64,000 nucleotides of DNA from an uncultured Pseudomonadota bacterium (GTDB taxonomy: Bacteria > Myxococcota_A > Polyangia > Fen-1088): the NCBI GenBank assembly GCA_963847705.1, contig CAWKBC010000029.1, positions 32,001 through 96,000 of the forward strand, in the 5' to 3' direction. Below, one piece after another: positions 39,305-48,836 of this stretch (position 1 is the first letter of the stretch; every line of letters begins with the position of its first letter). The translations under genes were made by a program, and so were the position numbers. The notes beneath the pieces were generated by a model. It saw only the letters and a program-made list of their open reading frames with translations, made no database searches and was not told the origin of the DNA.

Positions 39305-40759
39305 CTAGGGAATCGTGTTCAGGAGGACGGCGACGCCGTCCCCGTTCGGAACGATCAAGTCGAGCTTGCCGTCTCCGTTCAGATCCCCGAGCGTGAGCGA
39401 GGAGGGGCTGGAGTTGGAGGCAGGAACATAAGAAGGGGCGCCGAAGACGCCGCTCCCCTGGTTGAGCAGCACGGCCACGGCGCTGCAGGGATCGGTGAGC
39501 GTGTTGCCAGCCAGGTCGGGCCGGCCATCTCCGTTCAGATCTCCGAGCACCACCCACCCGGACCCGTTGTACGGGGTCGACGCATAACCGTAGTTGACGG
39601 CGGCCGCGAAGGCGCCGTTCCCGAGATTGAGAAGCACGCTCGCCCGGTCCGTGCCGCCGACCGCCAGATCGATCTTCCCGTCGCCGTTCAGATCTCCCGC
39701 GGCCACCGAAAAGGGATTGGTCCCTGAGCCATAGCCGGCCGGCGCACCGAAGCTGCCGTTCCCGTTGTTGAGCAGGACGCTCACGCCCGTCCCGCTGGCG
39801 ACCGCGAGCTCGGCTTTCCCGTCGCCGTTCAGATCGGCCAGGGCCACCGAGACGGGACTGGCTCCCGCCGGGTAGTTGGCGGCAACGAACGTTCCGCCGC
39901 CCATGTTGAGCAGGACGCCGACGTCGCCCCCGACCCATTCGGAGCCGTTGTAGGAGCCGCGGTTCGCGACGGCCAGATCGTTTTTTCCGTCGCCGTTCAG
40001 ATCCCCGAGCGCCACCCAGGCCGGCGCGGTGCCCGTCGCGAAGCTCACCGGCGTCAAGAATGTGCCGCTTCCGCCGTTGAAGAGGACGCTCACGCCCTGA
40101 TCGTTCACCACGGCCAGGTCGGCCTTTCCGTCGCCGTTCAGATCCCCGGCCGCGATGGACTGCACGTTGATGCCGGCGGCGTAGAGTTGAGGCGGGCCGT
40201 AGCCCGCAGCCGCGCTCAGGAACACGCTCACGCTGCCCGGCGTGGTTCCTGGGGTGCCGCCGGTCCCGGAGCCTCCCGTCCCCGAGCCGATACCGCCCAC
40301 GCCGCCCGCGTCGACGGTGCTGGGCGGGACCGAGTAATTGGCGACCGCGAGATCGGGTTTGCCGTCACCGTTCAGATCCCCGAGCGCCACGAGGAACGAG
40401 CCTGCGTGGGTGAGATATTCGACCGCCGGACCGAACGACAGGCCGCTGCCGGACGAGCCCGCGCTGCCCGCGCTAGTGGGACAGCTCCCGCCTCCGTCCA
40501 GCATCGGGCTCCCCCCGTCGCCGAAGATCCCCCCGGTGCCGGTCGGATTGACGATCCCCCCCGTTCCCGGTGTCCCCCCGGTGTCCCCCGGGTTCATCAG
40601 TCCGCCGGCACCCGAGCCGGAGGCCCCGCCTGTGCTCGGCGAGCCCCCCTGCCCGGTTTGCTGGCCGATGACGGAGCGGGTCGAACAGCCCCCGACAGCA
40701 GCCATCAAGAAGACGAGGGTGAGGCCGGACGATAAGCAACGCGGGAGCGAAGAGGTCAT
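39305..40759 (-). CDS. FG-GAP/VCBS repeat lipoprotein
   Basis: Lipobox VGGC, Gly-rich linker, seven (G/A)DLNGDG repeats; SD AAGGAG. Confidence 0.92.
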   Translation of the reverse strand: MTSSLPRCLSSGLTLVFLMAAVGGCSTRSVIGQQTGQGGSPSTGGASGSGAGGLMNPGDTGGTPGTGGIVNPTGTGGIFGDGGSPMLDGGGSCPTSAGSAGSSGSGLSFGPAVEYLTHAGSFLVALGDLNGDGKPDLAVANYSVPPSTVDAGGVGGIGSGTGGSGTGGTPGTTPGSVSVFLSAAAGYGPPQLYAAGINVQSIAAGDLNGDGKADLAVVNDQGVSVLFNGGSGTFLTPVSFATGTAPAWVALGDLNGDGKNDLAVANRGSYNGSEWVGGDVGVLLNMGGGTFVAANYPAGASPVSVALADLNGDGKAELAVASGTGVSVLLNNGNGSFGAPAGYGSGTNPFSVAAGDLNGDGKIDLAVGGTDRASVLLNLGNGAFAAAVNYGYASTPYNGSGWVVLGDLNGDGRPDLAGNTLTDPCSAVAVLLNQGSGVFGAPSYVPASNSSPSSLTLGDLNGDGKLDLIVPNGDGVAVLLNTIP

Positions 40760-40777
40760 TGGGGTCTCCTTGGCCTG

Positions 40778-40807
40778 CTTGGTGTCGCGAGCCGCGAATA
40801 GGTTACG
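40778..40807 (-). promoter_or_regulatory. Putative ECF promoter for the FG-GAP lipoprotein
   Basis: CGTAACCTATTCGCGGCTCGCGACACCAAG; 22/30 identical to 42526-42555. Confidence 0.7.
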
Positions 40808-41906
40808 GGCGCTGCACCGGGGCGGCGGGACCGGACAACAGGCGGCGGACCTCGGTGGCAAACCGGCCGTTGGGAAATCGCCGCTGGTAGGCGAGCAGGT
40901 CCGCCCGGGCGCGGTCGTCCTGGGCCAGGCGCCCGAGACAGACGGCGCGCCCGTAGAGCGCGCGCTCGCTGGCCGCGGGAGCCCCACCCTCCCCCTCCAC
41001 GACCTGGGTGAAGTCGGCCAGCGCTTCGCGAAAGCGACCGGCCGCGGCCCGCAGCTCCGCCCGGGTCAGCAGCAGCTCCGTCCCCGGGTCATCCGACAGT
41101 CCCGGCATGGCGTCGAGCAAGGCGAGCGCCGCCTTCCGATCGTCGAGCCGGAGGACGGCTTCCAGCCGTGTGCGCAGCGCCTCCGTCTCCAGGACACCGT
41201 GAGGGAACGCCCGGGCGTACGCGTCGAGCGTCACCAGCGCAGCGCGCGCATCTCCCTGCTGGCGGAGCTGGGACAGCGCCTCGGCGACCATACCCGCCTC
41301 GGTGGCCTTGCTCCTTGGCGGGTCCGGCAGCACGGCAGGCGGCTGGGTCGGCCCCGGCGCGAGAGGCGCCGGCGCGGGCGCGAGCGAAGCGCCGGCACGC
41401 GCCCGTGCGCCGGCGCCAACGCCAACCTGGTGCGACGGCTGGTTCGTCCCGGCCTGGTCCGAAGCGAGCGCTGGAACGGATGCCGGTCCTGTCTCTGACG
41501 CCGGATCCGGTTGGCGCTCGTCCTTCGAGGCCACCGCCCGGTGAAGCGGCCGACGCGCCTGCGGCTCGAGCGCCGGCGGCGGCACCGTCGGTCCAGGCGT
41601 CCGCACCATCCGGAGATGCCTGCGCCACAGGATGCCGGCGCCGTCGGCCGTCGCGGCGCACAGCAGGACCAGCGCCAGGCCGAGGGCCACCCGCGCGACC
41701 AGGGGAAACCGTCGCCAATCGAAGAACCCGCGGCGAGCAGCAGCCTGTTGCAGGACCTCTGCCCGGATCCGGGAGATCGCCTGGGAGCCCAGCGGTTGCA
41801 CCTGTCGCGCGGCGTCCGTCAACACGGCGGCGCGCGCTTCGAGCGCGTGGGCATCGACGTCGCGCTCGCGCCACCGCACGGGATCGTGTGAGCGAACCGG
41901 CTTCAT
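40803..41906 (-). CDS. Putative membrane anti-sigma factor with C-terminal TPR repeats
   Basis: DPVRW N-terminus, one TM, Pro-rich linker, ...YARAFPHGVLETEA..., YQRRFPNGRF; overlaps the ECF stop. Confidence 0.82.
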   Translation of the reverse strand: MKPVRSHDPVRWRERDVDAHALEARAAVLTDAARQVQPLGSQAISRIRAEVLQQAAARRGFFDWRRFPLVARVALGLALVLLCAATADGAGILWRRHLRMVRTPGPTVPPPALEPQARRPLHRAVASKDERQPDPASETGPASVPALASDQAGTNQPSHQVGVGAGARARAGASLAPAPAPLAPGPTQPPAVLPDPPRSKATEAGMVAEALSQLRQQGDARAALVTLDAYARAFPHGVLETEALRTRLEAVLRLDDRKAALALLDAMPGLSDDPGTELLLTRAELRAAAGRFREALADFTQVVEGEGGAPAASERALYGRAVCLGRLAQDDRARADLLAYQRRFPNGRFATEVRRLLSGPAAPVQRP

Positions 41907-42487
41907 GCTTTCTTCTCCGTCGACGCCGGCTCGTCGGCGAGCTCTGCCCGGGTCAGCGTCTCGCGAAGCTCACGCTCGGTCATGCGCTTGAGAAAGGCCG
42001 CGCGCGCCCGATGAAGGAGCACCCGGACGTTGCCCGGGCGCAGCCCGGTCAGGGCCGCTGTCTCGGCGACGGACATCTCCTCCAGCTCGAACAGGACCAG
42101 CACGCGCCGCTGACGCTCATTGAGCGCGTCGAGCGCCTGATAGAACTGCGTCCGTCGCTCACGTCTCTCGAGCTCCTCCAGCGGGGTATCGGTGGCGGCC
42201 CTGGCGCCCTCCACCGCATGGGGCGCAAAGCGGGTCCACCAGCGGCGAATCCTCCGGCGCCGCCGATCGTTGGCGACGATCTTGGCGGTGATGCTGAACA
42301 GCCAGGTCGACAGCCGGCTCTCCCGTCGGAATTCAGGGAGGCGGCGGTTCACCAGCAGAAACACCTCCTGCGTGAGGTCCTCCACGTCGACGCCGGAGCC
42401 TCCGAGCCGCGCCACCCAGCGGGCGACGGTCTGGCTGTGCGCTTGGTAGACGGCATCGAACTCCAGTGGCTGCGACTCCTCCGCCAT
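41903..42487 (-). CDS. ECF sigma-70 factor
   Basis: VEDLTQEVF, FRRESRLSTWLFSI, MSVAETA...GNVRVLLHRAR. Confidence 0.95.
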   Translation of the reverse strand: MAEESQPLEFDAVYQAHSQTVARWVARLGGSGVDVEDLTQEVFLLVNRRLPEFRRESRLSTWLFSITAKIVANDRRRRRIRRWWTRFAPHAVEGARAATDTPLEELERRERRTQFYQALDALNERQRRVLVLFELEEMSVAETAALTGLRPGNVRVLLHRARAAFLKRMTERELRETLTRAELADEPASTEKKA

Positions 42488-42525
42488 CCGGGCGCTTGGA
42501 TCGACCGAACGGAGCGTCACCAGGC

Positions 42526-42555
42526 CTTTGTGTCCCGAGCCGGCCAAAGGTTTCA
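42526..42555 (-). promoter_or_regulatory. Putative autoregulatory ECF promoter
   Basis: TGAAACCTTTGGCCGGCTCGGGACACAAAG (AAC -35, GACAC -10). Confidence 0.7.
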
Positions 42556-43479
42556 CGGCTGCCAGTAGAAATCCGTTCCCAGCGCGAGCATCGGCTCCGC
42601 GCGGGGGAGCACCAGCGAGCCGCCCGTCCCGGTCACGTCCACGGTCTGTTGCCGCAGCCAGGTCACCAGCGCCAGCCCCAGCCAGGGTCGGGTGCCACCC
42701 GACCGCAGATCGACCCGCAGCATGGCCTCGACGCCCAGATCGGCCGTCCGGGCGGTGCGATCGGTGGTGAAGCCGACCCCTTCCACCGTCGCCACCCCCA
42801 GGACGCCGGCCGCGCCCAGGGCCAGATCCCAGCGCCGGCCCAGCGGAAGGAGGTAGTCCGCCCCGAGCGCGAAGTAGAGGCGCCACCAGCGGGCCTCTCC
42901 CGGAGGCAGGCTCTCGGAGTGCGTTGCCAGGCCTACGAGCGAAAGCCGGCCGCGCCAGGCCCCGCTCGCCCTCCCGAGCAGGGCGTCGAGCCGACCGCCG
43001 GGCGCGAGGGATCCTGGTTGCCAGGCGCCCACCGCGGCGGCCCCCAGGCCCAGCTCGAGCGGGCGCGGGAGCGCCTTTGCCGGCGCGCGCTGGATCACGA
43101 GGTCGTCCTCCGCCGCGCGCGGGGGCGCCGGGCTTCCCGGCGTGGCCGAGGCCGCCAAGCAATCGAGCCGCAACGAGATCTCGGGGTGAATCTGCGCTTC
43201 CCAGACCGCGAGCGCGACCGCCACCGTCTGGGCCTGCTCGCCGCAGGTCGCGGCGCGTGGCAACCGGCGGCGGGCGACGGTCTTGCCGTCGGAGCGCGCG
43301 AGCGAGACCGACAACGTCCCGTCGGCCTCCTCGACGACGGCCGCCAGGTCGCCGGAGCTGGACGCAAAGCCGACCGGAAGCAGCGGCGCCAGCTTCTCCT
43401 CGACCTCTCCCGGCGCCGGGCAGCTGCCCGCGCCCTGGACCTGCATGGCGAGCCACGCAGCAACGACCAGCTTCATCAT
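42553..43479 (-). CDS. Putative outer-membrane beta-barrel with Cys-paired N-terminal domain
   Basis: Signal peptide, SCP...ATC N-domain, Pro-rich linker, amphipathic strands ending LGTDFYWQP. Confidence 0.75.
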   Translation of the reverse strand: MMKLVVAAWLAMQVQGAGSCPAPGEVEEKLAPLLPVGFASSSGDLAAVVEEADGTLSVSLARSDGKTVARRRLPRAATCGEQAQTVAVALAVWEAQIHPEISLRLDCLAASATPGSPAPPRAAEDDLVIQRAPAKALPRPLELGLGAAAVGAWQPGSLAPGGRLDALLGRASGAWRGRLSLVGLATHSESLPPGEARWWRLYFALGADYLLPLGRRWDLALGAAGVLGVATVEGVGFTTDRTARTADLGVEAMLRVDLRSGGTRPWLGLALVTWLRQQTVDVTGTGGSLVLPRAEPMLALGTDFYWQP

Positions 43480-43540
43480 CGGGCCCACTCTATCCCGGAG
43501 CTCCTCGGATGACTCGACACCGGGCGTGGAACATTTTATC

Positions 43541-43644
43541 TTGAACGCTCGAGCGCACGGTTCAACGCTCGAGCGCACGGTTCAACGCTCGAGCGCATGG
43601 TTCAACGCTCGAGCGCATGGTTCAACGCTCGAGCGCATGGTTCA
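43541..43644. repeat. Five tandem 20-bp repeats with a palindromic core
   Basis: TT(C/G)AACGCTCGAGCGCA(C/T)GG x5 plus TTCA; core CGCTCGAGCG is a perfect palindrome. Confidence 0.95.
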
Positions 43645-43695
43645 CAACGGCGCGATCGTCGCTGGAGGGATCTGGCGAGAAACGAGGTCAGATTC

Positions 43696-44595
43696 ATGCT
43701 GACGAAGATTCTTCTCGTGCTTGCCGTCGCTCTGTTTTTCCCCCTCGCCTGTTCGAGCGGCGCGCCGGAGGGTCCTGCGGGCTCGACCGGAGGGAGCGCC
43801 GGCACCATCGGCGTCGGCGCTGCTGGCGTCGCCGGTGCCGCGGCGCCGGACGGAGGCGCCGGCGTCGCCGCGCCGGACGGAGGCGACGCCGGCGGAGCCC
43901 CCTGTGGGCCGAACAGTGACCACGCGCTGATCGTTCCGGCAGGTCTCAACGTGAGCCTGGAGGCCGGCGGCGCCGGCGTTCTCGACCTCTTCGCGCTCAC
44001 CCTCCAGGAAGGACCAAACGGCCTCGAGCTTTACGCCGCCCTGAACAACGACGGCGATGTTCCGGCCTGCGACGCCGCGCTCAAGGTCTTTCTCTACGAC
44101 GCGGCGGGGAACCCGCTGGGAGATTTCATCAACGGCCTCTACACGAGTCACTTCTATCTCTATACGCCCACCGATGGATCGGCCGCCGAGATCGCCGCCT
44201 GTGCGAGCCCTGGCGATGTGACGATGACCGAGATTGCCATCCCCGCGTCCGACGACATCGCCCTCGGCGATGTGGCCTCCGTCGTCTACTACTACTCGTA
44301 CTTTGCTCTCGACGCCGTTCTCATCGATGGCCTCACCGTCAGCGAGGTGAACCCTGTGACGACCACCGCAGGGACCGCGTACACCGGCACGGTCGTCAAC
44401 GATCTCGACATGATGGTGAGCGGCCCCTCGATCGCCATCTTCCCGCTCAACTGCGTCGGGCGTCCGCTCGGCATCGTGAGCGGGAGCGATGCCAGCGTGG
44501 TTCCAGCCGGTGGCAGTTGGACCTTTCAGACGAATTCCGTGGATACGCCCGGCGTGAGTTACGCGGCCTATCCCTCGGCCTCGTTCAGCAATTGA
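43696..44595 (+). CDS. Hypothetical lipoprotein
   Basis: Lipobox PLAC, Gly/Ala linker with DGG motifs, two beta-rich (FxLYD-like) domains. Confidence 0.8.
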   Translation: MLTKILLVLAVALFFPLACSSGAPEGPAGSTGGSAGTIGVGAAGVAGAAAPDGGAGVAAPDGGDAGGAPCGPNSDHALIVPAGLNVSLEAGGAGVLDLFALTLQEGPNGLELYAALNNDGDVPACDAALKVFLYDAAGNPLGDFINGLYTSHFYLYTPTDGSAAEIAACASPGDVTMTEIAIPASDDIALGDVASVVYYYSYFALDAVLIDGLTVSEVNPVTTTAGTAYTGTVVNDLDMMVSGPSIAIFPLNCVGRPLGIVSGSDASVVPAGGSWTFQTNSVDTPGVSYAAYPSASFSN

Positions 44596-44651
44596 GCGGC
44601 AAGCTCCGCAAACGGCTCCTTTCTCAATCGGTCATCTTGTAAACTGTGGCG

Positions 44652-45215
44652 ATGCATGCCCCCAGTGGATCTCGTTTGCGACGTCATCGCGGCTTGGTTG
44701 TAACACTCTCGCTGGGTCTGGTCGCCGGCGGCGGCTCGTTGGTCGGGTGCCACCGAACCTCAGCCGACAACACGGCGCAGGCCGGGCCGAACCCGGAATT
44801 GGTCAAACAGTCCTTCGCGACGCTCAAGAAACAGTTCAGCGATCTCCAACAGAGTTTTTCCAATCTCAGCAAGGACCTGGAGGCCATTCCGGCCGACATC
44901 CCGGGCTACCGTCAGCTGCGCACCCACTTCTACGCGGTCGAAGAGGTCCGAGGCGTCACAGACGCCAAGGTGAACATCATCTCCGGCCACCTCGAGTCGG
45001 CCTTACGCTCGGGACACAACGCGGAGCTGCAGCAGGTCTCGAACGAGATCGACAAGGCGTCCAGCGACTGCCGTCAGATCGGTCAGCTCTACATAAAGCT
45101 GCTCCATGAAGTGATGGCGTTCCAGCGCGCGGCCGACGGCCAGAAGCAAGCTCTCGCCGCATCCGCGGCCGCGCCGGTCCCGGCCAAGACCAAACCACCG
45201 AAATCCAAGCCCTGA
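44652..45215 (+). CDS. Hypothetical helical lipoprotein
   Basis: Lipobox LVGC; coiled-coil body; TAAACT 6 nt before ATG. Confidence 0.7.
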   Translation: MHAPSGSRLRRHRGLVVTLSLGLVAGGGSLVGCHRTSADNTAQAGPNPELVKQSFATLKKQFSDLQQSFSNLSKDLEAIPADIPGYRQLRTHFYAVEEVRGVTDAKVNIISGHLESALRSGHNAELQQVSNEIDKASSDCRQIGQLYIKLLHEVMAFQRAADGQKQALAASAAAPVPAKTKPPKSKP

Positions 45216-45226
45216 GCCACGACGAA

Positions 45227-45268
45227 AGGCTCGCCGGATCGCTGCGACCGCAGCAGATCCGGGAGCCT
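45227..45268. terminator. Hairpin between convergent genes
   Basis: AGGCTC-G-CCGGATC-GCTGC-GACC-GCAGC-A-GATCCGG-GAGCCT inverted repeat. Confidence 0.6.
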
Positions 45269-45281
45269 CAATCGGGCGGAT

Positions 45282-46994
45282 TTACGAGCCGGATTTGAGC
45301 GTCGTGAACTCACCCGGATTGTGGATGGTCGCGCTCTTGACTGCGCCTACCCCACCAGCAAAGTCCGTGGTCAGGTCGGAGTAGCCGAACTTCGTCACCG
45401 GCATCGTGCCGCCCTTCACCGGGAACCCGGTCGAGTCCGCCTTCACCCCCATGGCGTTCATGATGTTGTAAAAGTACTTGTTGATGGGGGCGTTGGCGAT
45501 CGTCTCGTCGGTCCCCGTCTGCTGGGTGAGGCCGTTGGCCATCCCATCCGTTCCGCCGTCCGCGCACTGCGACTCGCTGTTGCCTGCCCAGGAGGCGGCG
45601 GTCGCACTGGTCGAGGCGGTGGCGGTGTCGACCTGGACCGTCGCACCGACCTTGAAGTAGCCTGCGCAGCCGCCTGCCTGGATGATGGGCAGGTTGTTCA
45701 GGTTGTGGGCATCGCCGTCCGACATCTCGTTGAACCAGGTCGTGACGGTGTTGTCGAGAACCGTCGACCCATCGGGGTTCGTGACCCCGTTGAGCCAGCC
45801 GACCAACTTGGCGAACTTCGTGGCGTAGTAGGTGTCGATCGTCTCGAGCTTTGTCAGGGCGCCCTGCACGCACGACCCGGACATGTTGGCGTTGGACAAC
45901 CGGTGGGAAAGGTTGTGCGACTCGTCGGTGATCCCGAGACCCTTGAAATAGTAGTTCGGGGGGTACTTCAAGAAGATGATCGGGTTGTAGTTGCAGAGCG
46001 TCGCCAGCACGGCCATCAGCGAATACATGTCCGCGCCGTCGAGGCTGCCCGACACCGTCGCGGAGATGTCACTGGCGGCGCTTCCGGTGCTCGCCGCGGT
46101 GACGTTCGCCTGCGTCGCCCCCAGCATGGTTGCCTCAGCCGACGTGCACTGGCCCGCCGTGTTCATCACCATGGTCCCCGTGTCGTTGATCAACGCCTCC
46201 CAGGCGTTGATCTTGTCCATGTCGGCTGCGCTCATATTGAAGCGCTTCAAGGCATCGAGGTCGCTCTTCACGAGATCGGAGACTCTCTGCCCTCTCGTCG
46301 AGGCATAGGTGGCGGCTGTCATCGTGCTGCCGCCGAACAGCCCCGTCAGCGCGCTGAACACCTGCGCCGGCGTCCCGAGGCCGGGAACGATGTTCGCGGC
46401 CGTACCTGCAGCGGCACCAGCTGGCAGCAGGTAAGAGACGTTTGATTGAGGTGACTCGCCGTTGGTGCCGCCCGAGTTGCCGACCCGCATGAACAGCGGT
46501 TGCCCATTTGGGCTGAGCTGCTGGGCCATGACCTGATCCAGCGAGCTGCCGACCGGCATGGCATTGAACTTCGTGTCCTGAGAGAAGCTGAACGGATCGT
46601 TGCTGTTCGGCGTCACCGGCTGCAGGGTGAAGTACGAACCACACGGGTTGAGGTGCGGGTCGTTCCCCTGTCCCCGCCCTGCGCCGTTGTTGTTGCCCTG
46701 CTCCCACTCGTTCATCGCGCGAATACCGCGGGGAATGAGGATCTTGCTGGCGTACGACGCCAGCGGGGCGATGCTGTTCGTGAAGTCGGAGGCCGACAGC
46801 GCACCGCTGGTCTTCGCAGGGAAGAACTTGGTCGTGATGCAGCCGTAGTGCGTGAACATCGCGATGAACGTCTTGGGGGGGGTGGCCGCCTGGCCCTTTG
46901 CCTGGCGCTCCCAGACGGAGCTGAGAAACGGCGCGGCGACGACGGCGCCACCGACGCCCCGGAGGAACATTCTTCGATGCATTCTCGTGCTCAT
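45282..46994 (-). CDS. DUF1552 domain protein with Tat signal
   Basis: MHRRMFLRGVGGAVVAAPFL; SLDQVMA; VLDNT...EMSDGDAH...NLPIIQAG. Confidence 0.9.
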   Translation of the reverse strand: MSTRMHRRMFLRGVGGAVVAAPFLSSVWERQAKGQAATPPKTFIAMFTHYGCITTKFFPAKTSGALSASDFTNSIAPLASYASKILIPRGIRAMNEWEQGNNNGAGRGQGNDPHLNPCGSYFTLQPVTPNSNDPFSFSQDTKFNAMPVGSSLDQVMAQQLSPNGQPLFMRVGNSGGTNGESPQSNVSYLLPAGAAAGTAANIVPGLGTPAQVFSALTGLFGGSTMTAATYASTRGQRVSDLVKSDLDALKRFNMSAADMDKINAWEALINDTGTMVMNTAGQCTSAEATMLGATQANVTAASTGSAASDISATVSGSLDGADMYSLMAVLATLCNYNPIIFLKYPPNYYFKGLGITDESHNLSHRLSNANMSGSCVQGALTKLETIDTYYATKFAKLVGWLNGVTNPDGSTVLDNTVTTWFNEMSDGDAHNLNNLPIIQAGGCAGYFKVGATVQVDTATASTSATAASWAGNSESQCADGGTDGMANGLTQQTGTDETIANAPINKYFYNIMNAMGVKADSTGFPVKGGTMPVTKFGYSDLTTDFAGGVGAVKSATIHNPGEFTTLKSGS

Positions 46995-47015
46995 GTTCTG
47001 GGCTCCTCGTCGGCT

Positions 47016-48836
47016 TCAGGGAGTTGCAACGACCCGTGTATTAAACGAGCTCGTTTGGGTTAGGTCGGAGAGGATGTTGATGATGGGGTACGACCCGCCG
47101 CCGATGCTGGTGGCGATCTGGTTCGCAACACACTGATCCTGCGGATTCGGATCCCGGCCGTAGGCGAAGGAGACCCAGTACTGGGCGTAGGTCGCCTGTC
47201 CGGCCGCCGAGCCCGCGATCCCCTGCATGAGCTGCAGCGGGGTGGTCACGTTCTCCGTCGCGCCACCGTCAATGGGGTAGCCGAAGTTCACGGTGGAGGT
47301 CGCGTCGATTGCTCCACCCAGCTGGTCAACCGTCTGCCATTGACCGATCCCGTTGTAGTTCTCCATCGCGAAGCCGAAGGGATCGATGACGTTGGCGTGG
47401 CACCCGACGCACGAGGTACCGCTCTGGGTCACCAGCGCGACGGTCGCATCGCGGTTGGTGGCGTAGGTGCCCGGCGGAATCGGGGTCATGGCAGCGCCCG
47501 GAGGCGGCGGGGGCACGTTGATCCCCAGCATGTAGATGGCGATGAAGGCTCCCCGGAGGATCGGCGCCGTGTTGGTGTAGTGCGAGTACGACTGCAGGAA
47601 CCCGATGCGGCTCATGAAGCCGGGGCGCTGGTTCGCGTCGAGCTGCACCTTGGTCAGGGTGGTCCCGTAGCTCGAGGCGTTGCTGAGCCCGTAGATCTGG
47701 GCGGTGTCGCTGGTGACGAAGCCGACGTTACTCAAGAACAGATCGCTGTAGGTGCCCGTCTGTGCGACGGCGGCAAAGAAGCTATCCATCTCCCCCTTGT
47801 AGGTCGCCACGTCGGCCCCCTGATAGAGCGGAAACACCGTCGGGTCGTGGTCGATCTTCCACCAGTGCTGACCCGAGTTGTTCATCTGCACCCACTTGTC
47901 GTGCATCGCGGAGAGCTGCGGCGCGGTCTTGCTCGAGACGGCCACCATCCGCTGGGCCTGGGCGAGAATCTGGGCCTGCGTCTGGAGCTGATTGTTGTCG
48001 GCCGCCGTGCTGAGGGTGGCGTCAGGGCAGGAGCCCCAGATCATGTAGGAGAGTCTCGCGGCGACCTCATCGCTGGAGAGCAGGAGCGCGCCGGACGGGG
48101 CCGGCGACGGAGCCGCCGTCGTGTTGGTCTCCTCGATGTAGATGAACGACGGGTCGACGAGGAAGGCGTAGAGGATCGTGTTGGCCACTTGCGTTGGCGT
48201 ATAGGTCGGCGTCCCCGTCCCGAGCGCCATGAAATTCGACACCTCCGCGGTGGTCAGCGGCCTGCGAAAGGCCTTGCGACCGAAGGTCTGGATGGTCGTC
48301 TGCAGACAGCCCGACGTCGACGGATCGCAGGTGATGAAATTGGTCTTCAGCGTCGTGCTGGCCATGACCTGGTCCGCGATCGCCGCGCCGACATCCTGGT
48401 AGATGCGCCAGGCATCAGAGTTCATCGCGCCGTCGAAGTCCGCATACAGCACGGAGGACGGGACCCCGGTCCCCTCGGGCGCCGTCACCGACGTGACACC
48501 GAGGAGGTCGCGCACGGTGTTGTCGTACTGCGTGTTCAGGATGCGCCGGAACTGGGTCGTCGCCGGAATGCCCGGGGAGCAAGCGATGGTTGAGGTGCTG
48601 GTGCCACCGTCCGAGCTCGAGTCGCCCCCGCCCGTGCTGTTACCGCCGCCTGTGCTCGAGCTGGCGCCCGTGCCTGTGCTCGAGTTGGCGCCCGTGCCGG
48701 AGGTCGTCACGCCACCGGCCCCGGAGCGGGAGCTCCCGCCAGCACCGCTGGGGCCTTGGGCGCTTATGGTTCCCGTGCAGCTGGCCGCGCCGGCCAACAG
48801 GACTCCCGCAAGACTCGTGCGAATGAAGTACCTCAT
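47016..48836 (-). CDS. DUF1592/DUF1588-family (PSD-domain) lipoprotein with one CxxCH
   Basis: Lipobox AASC; RRILNTQYDNTVRDLLG, FGRKAFRRPLT, EVAARLSYMIW..PD, PILRG, CVGCH..IDPFGFAMENY. Confidence 0.9.
   Translation of the reverse strand: MRYFIRTSLAGVLLAGAASCTGTISAQGPSGAGGSSRSGAGGVTTSGTGANSSTGTGASSSTGGGNSTGGGDSSSDGGTSTSTIACSPGIPATTQFRRILNTQYDNTVRDLLGVTSVTAPEGTGVPSSVLYADFDGAMNSDAWRIYQDVGAAIADQVMASTTLKTNFITCDPSTSGCLQTTIQTFGRKAFRRPLTTAEVSNFMALGTGTPTYTPTQVANTILYAFLVDPSFIYIEETNTTAAPSPAPSGALLLSSDEVAARLSYMIWGSCPDATLSTAADNNQLQTQAQILAQAQRMVAVSSKTAPQLSAMHDKWVQMNNSGQHWWKIDHDPTVFPLYQGADVATYKGEMDSFFAAVAQTGTYSDLFLSNVGFVTSDTAQIYGLSNASSYGTTLTKVQLDANQRPGFMSRIGFLQSYSHYTNTAPILRGAFIAIYMLGINVPPPPPGAAMTPIPPGTYATNRDATVALVTQSGTSCVGCHANVIDPFGFAMENYNGIGQWQTVDQLGGAIDATSTVNFGYPIDGGATENVTTPLQLMQGIAGSAAGQATYAQYWVSFAYGRDPNPQDQCVANQIATSIGGGSYPIINILSDLTQTSSFNTRVVATP

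Noticed and set aside
43541-43644. CRISPR array
   Set aside because: Repeats are contiguous with no unique spacers, and there are no cas genes in the window.
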